Part shown: one piece after another, positions 52,491 through 64,000 of the stretch
Layout: every line of letters begins with the position of its first letter
Numbering within the stretch: position 1 is the first letter of the stretch
Source of the DNA: Octopus sinensis
Taxonomy: Eukaryota
Length of the DNA: 64,000 nucleotides
Assembly: GCF_006345805.1 (NCBI RefSeq)
Contig: NC_043000.1
Coordinates: 73,408,001 to 73,472,000 of the forward strand
Direction: 5' to 3'
Position numbers and translations under genes: made by a program
Notes under the pieces: model-generated
The model's input: the letters and a program-made list of their open reading frames with translations, nothing else
Told to the model about the DNA's origin: nothing
Databases searched by the model: none

Positions 52491-53190
52491 TATTTATCCC
52501 CTAAATTCTGTCTTTGAATGTCTGACGGAGAACTCTCAGATTTTTCAAGTCTGTTTTACTATTATCAACATTTGCTGTCTCGTTTAAACTATGCTAAGCA
52601 CCCTTCCTAGTTCGAGGAAATATTTCCTCCCGCGTGTTCTTGACCACTTCCCCCCTTCTCCCTCTCTCTTTATCTTATTCTGTCTGTCTGTCTCTCTCTC
52701 TCTCCGTGTTTCTCTATGCCTCCCTCTTTCGATTACCACTTGCTTCGCCCTATATAAACTAGCCCACGTACATGGACTACCACTCGTTTTCAATCTACTG
52801 CTGCAGAATAACAGATCCTTGATGTTCAGTTATGAATTTTTCCATCTTTTCAATCTCGTTTCATCCACCTTACTATTTCAGCACAGATCATAAACTTCTC
52901 TGCTATTAGCTCTGTTCATTATTCTGTCTAGTTCAGTTACATGCCATCATGTAAATATAGTTTTCAAATAGGCTCGTCTTCCTTGCTGTTCCCTTAAGAT
53001 AACCTTGCAACATGTTCATTGACTCACTCATTCAGCTATTAAAGTTATCACACAGTTACTTATTTATCCCCTAAATTCTGTCTTAGAAAGTCTGACGGAG
53101 AACTCTCAGATTTTTCAAGTCAATTTTACTATCATCAACATTTGCTGTCTCGTTTAAACTATGCTAAGCAGACACCTTCCTAGTTCGAGG
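52491..53190. repeat. ~128-bp direct repeat, two copies ~570 bp apart
   Basis: TATTTATCCCCTAAATTCTG...CCTTCCTAGTTCGAGG at 52491-52617 and 53061-53190. Confidence 0.9.
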
Positions 53191-53404
53191 TGCGCCTGGA
53201 AGTTCCTATCGTACCTATCCTTTGTCAACCCTGGGTTGCCTCCCATGAACACTTCAAAAGGCTGTATGCCATCCCCACCCTTAGTCTAGGGCTATCTACT
53301 ATGTAAGGTAATGATCATATAGTGTGAAATATGAAAGGGTAGTGTGTGCAGGTTGAACTGAAGGCTACTCAAAATCAAAACTCAAAGTGAAATTCGATGA
53401 TGGG

Positions 53405-53913
53405 CATGAGCACTATACGAGCGTGATCATTGACAGAGCGGCTAACCGGTTTCCGTGCCAGTGGTACATAAAAGGCACCATTCGAGTGTGATTGTCACCA
53501 GCTTCACCTTACTGGCACTTGTGCCCTGTGCTAGTAGGGTGCTAAGAGCACCATCCGAGCGTGATCGTTGCCAGAGCGGCTAACTGGCTTCCATCCGGTG
53601 GCATGTAGGAGGCACCATTTGAGCAGGGTCATTACCAAAGTCACCTTACTGGCATCTGTGCAGTTGGTATGTGTAAAAACTTTGAGCGAAGTCGTTGCCA
53701 GTGCCACCTGACTGGCCCTCGTGCCGGTGGTATGTAAAAGCACCCACTACACTCTTGGAGTGGTTGGCGTTAGGAAGGGCATCTAGCTGTAGAAACTCTG
53801 CCAGATCAAGACTGGAGCCTGGTGCAGCCATCTGGTTCACCAGCCCACAGTCAAACCGTCCAACCCATGCTAGCATGGAAAGCGGAAGTTAAACAATGAT
53901 GATAATGATGATA
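53405..53913 (+). mobile_element. RTE 3' UTR fragment
   Basis: Diverged array units, the terminal segment and an ATG-type tail. Confidence 0.85.
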
Positions 53914-53919
53914 ATTTGT

Positions 53920-54183
53920 ATCATCATCATCATCATCATCATTTAGCGTCCGTTCTCCATGCTAGCATGGGTTGGACGGTTCAACTGGGGTCTGTGAAGC
54001 TGGAAGGCTTCATCAGGCCCAGTCAGATCTGGCAGTGTTTCTACAGCTGGATGCCCTTCCTAACGCCAACCACTCCGTGAGTGTAGTGGGTGCTTTTTAC
54101 GTGCCACCCGCACAGGTGCCAGACAGAGCTGGCAAACGGCCACGAACGGATGGTGCTTTTACGTGTCACCGGCACGGGGGCCA
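53920..54183 (-). mobile_element. RTE 3' end, tail-to-tail with the previous copy
   Basis: (CAT)n tail followed by TTTAGCGTCCG... and the terminal segment. Confidence 0.9.
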
Positions 54184-54616
54184 TGCAAAACAACACTGCA
54201 GAGGAATCAACATTAACTTAAATAATAAACCGTGATAGGTGAACCGTGATATGGCAAGAGATTACTGTATTACATTCATTAAAATATAAATACAAATCAG
54301 TTTATGCACTGTTTCTGTGCTGAGGAATTTTACTTAAAAGATATAATATGGTCTTTAGCATAAGTTTAGAAAGTACACTACAAGTTAGCTTTTCAAGATG
54401 AGGAAAGAGTTGAACCTGACTATGCTGAATTTAAAGTTTCTAGTGAAAGAAAATCATCAAAAAATTGGTTGAGTATGCTAGGAGAATGATGAACACAAAG
54501 TGTCTTGTAATCACAAAAGAAATTACAAAGGAAAACCTCAATAATGACGAGCCTGTTGTTTATAAAGAAACTGATTGAGAAATAGAGCAGATGGTGCATG
54601 AAGATAAAAACAAATC

Positions 54617-56996
54617 ATCATCATCATCATCATCATCGTTTAGCGTCCGTTTTCCATGCTAGCATGGGTTGGACAGGTCAACTGGGGTCTGTGAAGCTGG
54701 AAGGCTTCGTCAGGCCCAGTCAGATCTGGCAGTGTTTCTACGGCTGGATGCCCTTCCTAACGCCAACCACTCCGCGAGTGTAGTGGGTGTTTTTTACGTG
54801 CCACCTGCACAGGTGCCAGACAGAGCTGGCGAACGGCCACGAACGGATGGTGCTTTTACGTGTCACCGGCACGGGGCCAGGCGAGGCTGGCAACGGACAC
54901 GAACGGATGGTGCTTTTACGTGCCACCGACACGGGGCCAGACAGAGCTGGCAACCGGCCACGAACGGACGGTGCTTTTACGTGTCACCGGCACGGGGGCC
55001 AGCCGAGGCTGGCAACGGACGCGAACGGATGGTGCTTTTACGTGCCACCGACACGGTTGCCAGACAGAGCTGGCAAACGGCCACGAGCGGACGGTGCTTT
55101 TACGTGTCACCGGCACGGGGGCCAGCCGAGGCTGGCAACGGACACGGACGGATGGTGCTTTTACGTGCCACCGACACGGGGTCAGACAGAGCTGGCAAAC
55201 GGCCACGAACGGATGGTGCTTTTACGTGCCACCAACACGGGGCCAGACAGAGCTGGCCAACGGCCACGAACGGACGGTGCTTTTACGAGTCACCGGCGTG
55301 GGGCCAGGCGAGGCTGGCAACGAACACGAACGGATGGTGCTTTTACGTGCCACCGACACGGGGCCAGGCAGAGCTGACAAACGGCCATGAGCGAATGGTG
55401 CTTTTACGTATCACCGGCACGGGTGCCAGACGAGGCTGACAGCGGACACGAACAGATGGGTCACTTAACCCCTGCTTTCTGATATATGATTTGATTTGAT
55501 TGTTCTCACTGGTCTTGCCGGGTCTTCTCACGCACAGCATACTTCCTAGGTCTCGGTCTCTGGTCATTTCCTTGGTGAGACCTAGAGTTCGAAGGTCGTG
55601 CTTCACCACCTCGACCCAGGTTTTCCTGGGTCTACCTCTTCCACAGGTCCCCTCAACTGCCAGGGTGTGGCACTTTTTCACACACCTATCTTCATCCATT
55701 CTCACCACATGACCATACCAGCGCAATCGTCTCTCTTGCACACAACATCTGATTCCTCTTAGGTCCAGCTTTTCTCTCAAGGTACTTACACTCTGTCGAC
55801 TATGAACACTGACATTACACATCCAACGGAGCATACTAGCTTCATTTCTCGCGAGCTTACGCATGTCCTCAGCAGTCACGGCCCATGTTTCACTGCCATG
55901 TAGCATGGCTGTTCGTACACATGCATCATACAGTCTGCCTTTTACTCTGAGCGAGAGGCCTTTAGTCACCAACAGAGGTAAGAGCTCCCTAAACTTTGCC
56001 CAGGCTATTCTTACTCTAGCCGTTACACTTTCAGCACACCCCCCCCTACTGACTTGGTCACCAAGATAACGGAAGCTATCAACCACTTCTAGTTTTTTCC
56101 CCCTGGAAAGTGACGGAAGTTTTTTCTGCAGATTTTCAGAGGTTAATGCTCCCGAGCATCTGCCACATACAAAAACCATCTTCCTAGTTAGCCTTCTATG
56201 ACATTGCTGCACCTCTTATGTGTCCATAGCTTACACTTGGTGCATCTTATAGAGTTTCTACCTACACCTTTTCTACAGATCGAGCAGGGCCATCTACCTG
56301 AAGGCGTTTGTGATTTGTCTACCTTCCTACTTATTACGACTTTGGTTTTAGCTAGGTTGACTCTAAGGCCCTTCGATTCTAAACCATGCTTCCACACCTG
56401 AAACTTCTTCTCCAGTTCTGATAATGACTCAGCAATTAGAGCAAGGTCATCAGCATAGAGGAGCTCCCAGGGGCATCCTGTCTTGAATTCCTCCGTTATT
56501 GCCTGGAGGACTATGATAAATAGGAGGGGGCTGAGGACTGAGCCTTGGTGGACCCCTACCTCTACCCGGAATTCTTCACTGTACTCATTTCCAACCCTCA
56601 CCTTACTAGCAGCGTCCCTGTACATGGCTTGCACAGCTCTCACTAACCATTCTTCTATTCCTAGTTTCCTCATTGACCACCATATGAGGGATCGGGGGAC
56701 CCTGTCGAAGGCTTTCTTCTCCATGTCAACAAAAGCCAGGTACAGGGCCTTATCTTTGGCTAGGTATTTCTCCTGCAGCTGCCTTACCAGGAATATAGCA
56801 TCAGTGGTACTTTTCCCTGGCACGAAACCAAACTGCATCTCATCTAAACTAACTCTCTCTCTAATTAGTTGGCTTATGACCCTCTCTGTAACCTTCATCA
56901 CCTGATCCAACAGCTTGATACCTCTGTAATTATTTGTATCTATGGCATCACCTTTACCTTTGTAGCAGTTGACTATTATGCTGCTACACCAGTCAT
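54617..56996 (-). mobile_element. Young 5'-truncated RTE LINE with an 11-unit 3' UTR array
   Basis: ORFs 56188-56910 and 55343-56212 carry the RT and C-terminus and are very similar to 2500-3990. Array at ~54790-55460; (CAT)n tail. Confidence 0.95.
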
Positions 56997-58260
56997 GAAA
57001 AATGTGCAGAAAAAATGAAGAAGCAAAAGAAAGAATTTCTATAGATAAACATATCTAGACAAAGAGATTCAGTGGCAAGATTAGAGCAAAGTGACTTTAT
57101 AATGAAACAAGAAATCATGTCTGATTCAAACAAAATTAATTAGGAAGAAACCCAAAGCATGCTATGTTGCAACAGTAATTGAAGAAGGTTGTTCATAACT
57201 CTACCAAGGCTCATTTCAGCATAGAAAGACCATTTCTTTCCACCCCTTTTGATCATGATGTGCAAATAGGCCTAGGTCTATTTAATTGAGATCTTGATGA
57301 CCCTGGACTATCCTGGTGTACTTGTAGTCTGCCTGCATTTATATTGTTCTATTATTTTTGATTTCAGACTTTATATTACATAAAACAATAAAAACTTATT
57401 TGAAAAAAATATCATTGGCTGTATTATTTTGTATTTCAAGTTTGTTCTAGCTTTGACATGACATCAGTATGTATGTATGCATGTATGTACACATACACAC
57501 AGAATGAGATAGCTAAGTTATGTATTTACACAAAGACTCCCTTAGAGTCAGCTTTCTGTTTTCTGACATTATTCTTTATCTGGAAATGGCCGGGTCCCAA
57601 AATTTCCAGACTAAAGTAATCCAGCTTGTATTTTCAGTTAGCAAGTTAAGTAAACTGAGGCATGCAGACTATGTGTTGCAAAATTTGAATTTGTGACTTT
57701 ACAAAATAACTTAAAGCATATGAGCCATTTACATTTAGAAAAAGGCATATAAAAGAAAACTTATGAGCATTTTATTGGTAGAAAAATAATTATTCCTTTT
57801 TTTAATTTTGATGAGAAGAAAGAAGGGTTGTTATTAATTCACTTCAAATCTAGATATTGAGATATCAATTAACTAAACTCATTCTCAATTGATTTATTTG
57901 TTTATAATAATCTTCTGCTTAAAAATTTACTAGACTAGTAAATACTTTGATTGTGAAAATTCTTAACCATATCACTTCAAGAATAGATATATTTAGTTAT
58001 TAACTCTTGTTTTGTATCTAAGCTGGATGGAAATGGTACTTAATTAGGTCAAAAGGATTAAAAGGAATCACTCTCAAGCCTGTATGTGTAGCGTCTCTTG
58101 TTAAAGGTCTCTACCCAGTAGTTTGGATCTAACACTGAGAAGAACAGTCCAGATACTGATAAGAATTATGTTCTTTTAAATCTGTAAAATGTACCCTATT
58201 TCTATGAAATGATAATCATTATTTCACCTTCTTATAGAAATATTTTCTTATTTCGTTTAG

Positions 58261-58337
58261 GCCATTCTTGGGTCCAAGGCCAGTGGACAAAAGATGAAAT
58301 AGAACTCTTACAAGCAAACATCAATAGCTATTGTAAA
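58261..58337 (+). CDS. DMTF1: DMTF1 exon (GHSWVQGQWTKDEIELLQANINSYCK)
   Basis: Matches GHKWKQGMWSKEEIDILMNNIERYLK. Acceptor TTTAG|, donor |GTAAGT, phase 1-0. Confidence 0.92.
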
Positions 58338-58709
58338 GTAAGTACATTTGACTGAAAGCTTTTTGAATTTCATTTAGTCTTATAAAATGGTCAGAAGCCA
58401 TTCTATATGATTATTTCCACCCTTTCTTTGAGGTAGACAAACTAGGATTACAAAGCTATTAAAATGCATGCAATAAAACTAACATCAACAAAAGCTTACT
58501 TTTTATATCCTTTAAAGTCATTTGCATGTACCAAATTGTGTACAACCCCTTCCTCCAGACCAAACCATTAAGAAGAAAAATACTTCTGGGCAATCCTCTT
58601 TGAGCAAACTGAGGATTAAAAATCTGTGACAGTAATGTTTTTTTAGAAATATCTAAGATTCTGTTATCTGAAGTACCTCTTCCTTAGTTTAGATAGTGGG
58701 GTGTTTTAA

Positions 58710-58911
58710 CCCTTTAGAATTTAAACCAGCCATATCTGGTCAAAATATTTAACTTGTTTTATGTTTAAAGTCCAGCCTCTCACACCTACTCTACAATGTC
58801 ATTGTAAAAATAAACAATCACATCATCAAAATCTTAAAGTTACAAAATTAATTCAAAAAATTGTGAATAAATAAGCCTTACATTTGACAGAACAACCTGA
58901 ATGCTAAAGGG
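58710..58911. mobile_element. piggyBac-type MITE
   Basis: TTAA|CCCTTTAGAATTT ... TGAATGCTAAAGGG|TTAT; ends related to those in the 51901 palindrome. Confidence 0.75.
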
Positions 58912-59946
58912 TTATGAGAAACCATGTAGATTCATATCTTACTGGTGTTGTTAACTTAGATAATTTTGGCTCTTTGGACTAAATTCCTAAAGTAAACTAC
59001 CTTATTGCGAGACAGATATAATACATTGTAAAATTATTCACCTGAAGAAATATGGCAATGCAAACTGAAATGTTTAAGCATATTAGATTTATGAAATTAC
59101 TTGTTGATACTTCAACTTTCAGGAAATTCCCTACACTTATATTCATATCACAATTTCATCTAAAGAAAATTTCATAAATTAAATTTGGTTAGGTAATACA
59201 AATAGTATGTTTTCTAGACACTGTATCTTACAAGTTTTAAGAGGATAGAAAACTAAGTAATAATATTTATTTGTACTAAAAGCTTATTTTCATTAGGAGA
59301 CACATAAGTTGAATGGTTGATATATCCTACCTAATGTAGACATTCTATTATGCTATAGCAGATAATTCTGCTTTTTTCCTATCTAGTCTATAAAAAAAAA
59401 TAGCTTTTACTACAATTTTAAATTATATCATATAACAATTTGTGCAAATATCTAAATTTTAACCTATAAAAATTTTGTTTTTCTTGAATATAATTGAACA
59501 GTTGTGTTGCTTTATGGGTTAGGTATTTTTGAATTGCAGACATTAAAAATTATGTTCTGAGAGCAATAAAAACATTCATCATCCACTTCAAATAGTTTAG
59601 AAGTTTTACTTAGCCTTAATTTAAATTATTTATACAAAGAAATTTATTTTTTGTGTTCTACATTTTTATGAATTATGTCAGATATAGAGATGGATTCTAT
59701 TTAAACATCAACCAATCAACTGTGAAGTTGGAATATATATTAACAAGGATTAGATAAAATGGCTTGCCAGTTTCACATGTTATTCTTTGTCCCTATATTA
59801 GTTTTGTTTTCATTTTCTTTTATAAACTTTACTTGTTAATATTATGTGGCATTTGCTGGGCTTCTTTTCATCTAGAATGTAACATCACCTACTAAAGCTC
59901 TTTTGTTGAATGTTGCTTAATGTACAGTTTTATGTCTTACTCCCAG

Positions 59947-60137
59947 GATAACAATATCAGTAACCCTACAGAAATCATTTTTGAGATGTCCAAAGATGAG
60001 CGGAAAGATTTTTATCGAACAGTTGCAAAAGGACTTAACCGACCTCTGTTTTCTGTGTATAGACGAGTAATACGAATGTATGATCAAAAAAATTATGTTG
60101 GCAAGTACAGTCAAGATGAAATGATTAAACTCAGAGA
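59947..60137 (+). CDS. DMTF1: DMTF1 exon (DNNISNPTEIIFEMSKDERKDFYRTVAKGLNRPLFSVYRRVIRMYDQKNYVGKYSQDEMIKLRE)
   Basis: Near-identical to the DMTF1 segment TEIIFEMSKDERKDFYRT..GLNRPLF.VYRRV.RMYD. Acceptor CCCAG|, donor |GTTAGT, phase 0-2. Confidence 0.95.
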
Positions 60138-60871
60138 GTTAGTATATTTTCTTTAATTATTACGTGTTTCAATACAGCTGTTTTCTACGTTTTTATAATA
60201 TGTTAAGGCTGGCCTTTGTGAATTGCAGGTACAACTCTCTTTTGCCAGCTGAGTGGACTGGAGAAGTACTGTGTAACAATGCACCACTGGTTTTCAAATT
60301 CATGATCATGAGCTGAATAACCTAACCTCTAGGCCACACACCAGCAGATACCAGCTGACAATTGCATAATATCCTATTGTTACACAAACAAACACAGATA
60401 ACGACATATGTACATACACATTCAAACACAGTCACATATTGTTATGTACACACACACAAACACATACTTTCATACAGGTACGCGCACCATGCACATAATT
60501 TCATACAGTTACATGCATGCACATGTACACACATACACACACACACACCAGCAGACAATCAGTGTCATATTTTTCACTTATTTATTATTTATCGGAATGC
60601 TATAATCTTTGTAGAGCTAGTTGAGGGAGGAGGAGGGTGTAGTGACTATAGCAGACTGACATGTACTGATAAACTGACACATAAGTCTTACCAAACTAAT
60701 TTTATTAATATAGATTATACATATAACTGTGGGCAAATGAGAAAAAAGAAGTTAAAGGATGCTTTTTCAATGGATGGCTTCCAAATAAAACTTAAGACAA
60801 AGCCTCAATCTGTTGTTTTGTATATTGTATATGTCTATCTAAATCTATGAATAAAGTGTTTATTATGTTAG

Positions 60872-60981
60872 GTTGCGCCTCAAGCATGGCACAGACTGGG
60901 CTGCCATTGGTGCTGTATTGGGCCGAAGTGCATCATCTGTCAAAGATAAATGTAGACTAATGAAAGATACCTGTAATTCAG
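60872..60981 (+). CDS. DMTF1: DMTF1 Myb-repeat exon (LRLKHGTDWAAIGAVLGRSASSVKDKCRLMKDTCNS)
   Basis: Matches LRIKHGNDWATIGAALGRSASSVKDRCRLMKDTCNT. Phase 2-1, donor GTAAGG. Confidence 0.95.
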
Positions 60982-61172
60982 GTAAGGTGAAACTTCCTTT
61001 TTATGTTTTATATTTATTTTTTCTTGAAAAGGAAATTATTCTACTCTTTCTTCAAGCAATTTGATAGGACACTATTGTATCCCGTGCTGTTCTGCAACTG
61101 ATTTGATTGTCATGTTTAAATGTTTAAGCTTGTACTATTTTCAGCTTCTCTCTATTTTGATTTGTTTGTCAG

Positions 61173-61241
61173 GGAAATGGCTCCCAGAAGAAGAACAGCG
61201 ACTTACAGATGCTGTGTGTGAATTATCAGGAGCACAGCCAG
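61173..61241 (+). CDS. DMTF1: DMTF1 Myb-repeat exon (GKWLPEEEQRLTDAVCELSGAQP)
   Basis: Matches GKWTEEEEKRLAEVVHELTSTEP. Phase 1-1; the gene continues beyond the window. Confidence 0.93.
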
Positions 61242-62589
61242 GTATTTTTAAAAATTTTATGTTACATTTTTAAATAGGATGTACAGGTGTTTGGAAATGA
61301 ATCATAAGTTGGATTTTTTTCGTCTCTGTTTTGTATAAAAGTGATATGCTTTAGGAAGAGTAATATTAAAGTCTCAAATGAAAATAAGTTGTTTTGTTTC
61401 TTCATATAAATTTAGTAACTATTTCTCTTGGGAGTTTTAGTATTGAGTTTTAGATTTCTCTTGGGAGTTTTAGTTTTGAGAGCTGGTCTTTATAAAATTT
61501 CTGTTCTTAGTAATGCAATAGGTTATGAATATATTTGTCTTTTAATAATAATTTTGGTTTGGAATTTGTGACTGATTGCAGAGTGATAAGGTAGGTGCAA
61601 ACCTTACTGTTGTTTGTGCAGCAGTAGTTTTACATGAAAGGCTGAGTTAAGATAGCTGAGGCAAGTCGAATTTTTAATTTAGTGCTATACTTCATCATAC
61701 AACTTTCTTTGCATCCAAGTATTTTTTTTTTCCAGTGTTATCATCATCATTTTATGTCTGCTTTCCATGCCAACATAGGTTGAATGGATCATCACAATCC
61801 AGAACCTTCTTAATTGGGAATTACTACACCAATAAACTGGTGTTCATACATGTCATTTGACTTAATTTCTAAAGCTGGATGCTCTTCTTGCCAACCACTT
61901 TAAAGTGTATTGAGTGCATTTTTGAGTTAGTAAAATTGTTGTCTCATTCACCAATTACTCTAGAGGGAGTGTGATTTGTCAACTTTCCATTGTGGCACAG
62001 GTACAGCAGGGTTGGTGACTTGTACATAGAACATTATAGAAAGTAGTCAGGTATCTAAGAAGAACAATAGTGGGGCATTTTGAGAGGAATCAAGTAGTGG
62101 AAGGGTGGCAAAGTAAAGGTGGATGATGGGTAAGAGCAGATACTGGTTGGCAACAAAAGTGTCTGTGAGGAGGAAGAGTGATGGCTTGTAGTACAGAAAG
62201 CTGAAGTTAGAGTGTATTGTGTTGAAGGATAAAGATGGTACAATGCAGTTTCTTATACATAAACCTGTGAAAGGATGCGGGTGGACCAATGCAGTCTCTG
62301 ATAGATGGGCCTAATGAAGGGCAAAGGAGTCAGAGAGATTATTTGGGTTTGATAATGTCTCTTATATATAGGCCCTTGATTAATTCAGTTCCTTATACAT
62401 AGGTTTAGGGAAGGGCAAGGGAGTTAGAATGAGGCAGAAGATATGGAGAGTACTAGTAATAGGGAAATGAGATGAGATATAGTGCTGTGAGTGAGAGAAA
62501 GAGGTAGGGTTAAAAGGGAAGGTAAGAGAGCAATAGAATGATGAAGTGCCTCAGATTCTAAAACGCTACTCTGATGTTGGGTATCTTTT

Positions 62590-63959
62590 GTCGTAGGTAG
62601 TTGGATTTCTAATTTATGGAGATCGACTGAACTCAGTGGAATATCTCTCTGGCAGGCTTTGCTCCTCCTTCCTGTAGTTATTGTTTTGGAGGAATAACCT
62701 GCCCTCAACTGCATTGCTACATTTGCTCGGAACTGCAGATGGTCACACTGCTTGCGAGCCCCTCCTTATTTGGTATATAATATAAATACATTTACAAGGC
62801 TCATGTTCACTATATATCAAACCAGGTATTGCCACCATTTATTGCCTGGTCTACCAATCGGATAATAACTCATCTTCTGGGTCAGCCAATCCACACCGCC
62901 TATGTACCTGTTATAATCAAGGTTCACTAATGGGGTGCCATTTTCATCTACACATAGTTGTGCACTGGTAGATGGAAAATTTATCTGTCTTTTATCTGTA
63001 TGTAGTCGCTAGCAAATTTCCTTTCTGCTGATGGATTATTTCACCTCTTTTAATTTTGCTTTTTTATATCGAACAGCAGCCCTTTTCTACTAACAATTAC
63101 TGTAGCACACGTATATGTTGTCACAGCTTCTAAATCCAGTGCAAGTTTGACCGAACTAAAAAATTGGTCAAAAAATAATATCTGGCCCTGGTTATGGTAT
63201 GGAATTGATAAATTCCAGACCACATCATACCCTAGGCCATGCTGACTAACATTATTGTTTCTTTTTCCCTGTATAAAAACTAAATCCACAGCAGTACCCC
63301 ATTTTGTGGGTTTTCCTAGCGTATACAGTTTGTTTCTGCAGTGATCACTTCAAACAAGCATACTGGAAAAAATACGAAAACAGTCTAACAGTTTCACTTA
63401 CTGAGAAAGACTATGGGTAGACCCCGTCTCCCCAGAAAATTTGTTAATAAAAACATTTTTAGACTTTTTACTCCATTCTGATGTAAAATCGTCTTTGCTG
63501 TCGCTATCGCTGCTTTCAGTTTCTTCAGAATCACTGCTTTCAGTTTCGGATACAGAAATATCTGATTCATTCCCGTACACCACATGCTTTTGTACCTCAT
63601 TCATTCTTTTTCTTGATATCTTCATATCTCCCATTAAAAAACCTTCAAATTCAGAATTACTGTTTGGTAGTATGAAACTCCTATCCATTTTCAAAGTTGG
63701 AAAAAAATCAGTGCCAAAAAATTGTGGAAAAAAAATCTCCCAAAATTCACTAAGTTCAGATATCATGTTAAATAATGTTGGCTATTATAACTCAACTATT
63801 TACAAAGTGAAATCATATGTTTTCACAAATGTACTAATGAGATTTGCGTTCAAATTTACATTTAAATAACAATGGGTACTCTTGGCTGGCTACGGCCAAG
63901 TTGGCCTTATGAACCAAAAAACTTTTCGGCCGTCTACAGCCAGGTTGGTATCGAAAGGG
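62590..63959 (-). mobile_element. Degenerate piggyBac (PGBD4-like) transposon
   Basis: Terminus TTGGTATCGAAAGGG|TTAA. The N-terminus is similar to 19073-19462. Motifs FFDQFFSSV...RKG, DYNRYIGGVD...KWW and LQFRANVAMQLRAGYSS. Confidence 0.85.
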
Positions 63960-64000
63960 TTAAAGTTTTCAAATTATATCTGTTGTCTCTGGTCATTTTA

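Noticed and set aside
54669-55439. Long repetitive ORFs in several frames
   Set aside because: A by-product of a GC-rich tandem array that lacks stop codons.
54790-55460. Regular ~60-bp repeats (also at 5190-5520) as a CRISPR array
   Set aside because: Units are contiguous with no unique spacers, lie in an RTE 3' UTR, and no cas genes are present in this eukaryotic context.
63398-63766. Domesticated PGBD gene or DMTF1-PGBD fusion
   Set aside because: Antisense to DMTF1, and the downstream transposase is broken by stops and frameshifts.

Overview
This is eukaryotic, AT-rich, repeat-dense DNA, most likely from an octopod cephalopod. That assignment is an inference from the SINE and RTE families and the long AT/CAT microsatellites. 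The only host gene recognised is a Myb-repeat transcription factor of the DMTF1 family on the + strand. Seven candidate coding exons lie between 16633 and 61241; its first and last exons were not found. The rest is transposon debris, often nested: RTE LINEs and their 3' ends, one young-looking CR1/L2-group LINE, Penelope-like fragments, several tRNA-derived SINE families, and mariner, maT, hAT and piggyBac remnants plus MITEs. There is a 100-N scaffold gap at 12686-12785. Four observations stand out. (1) A processed pseudogene of CMC4 (p8-MTCP1-like) with a poly(A) tail sits inside a DMTF1 intron. (2) The CR1/L2-group LINE has an ORF1 with a Myb/SANT-like N-terminus plus a CCCH finger, and a 1.4-kb tandem array directly upstream. 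(3) Penelope termini carry minimal hammerhead-ribozyme-like motifs. (4) There is a perfect palindrome with 216-bp arms, which may be an artefact. No CRISPR array, rRNA or true tRNA gene is supported. All family calls are by-eye motif recognition; no database search was run.
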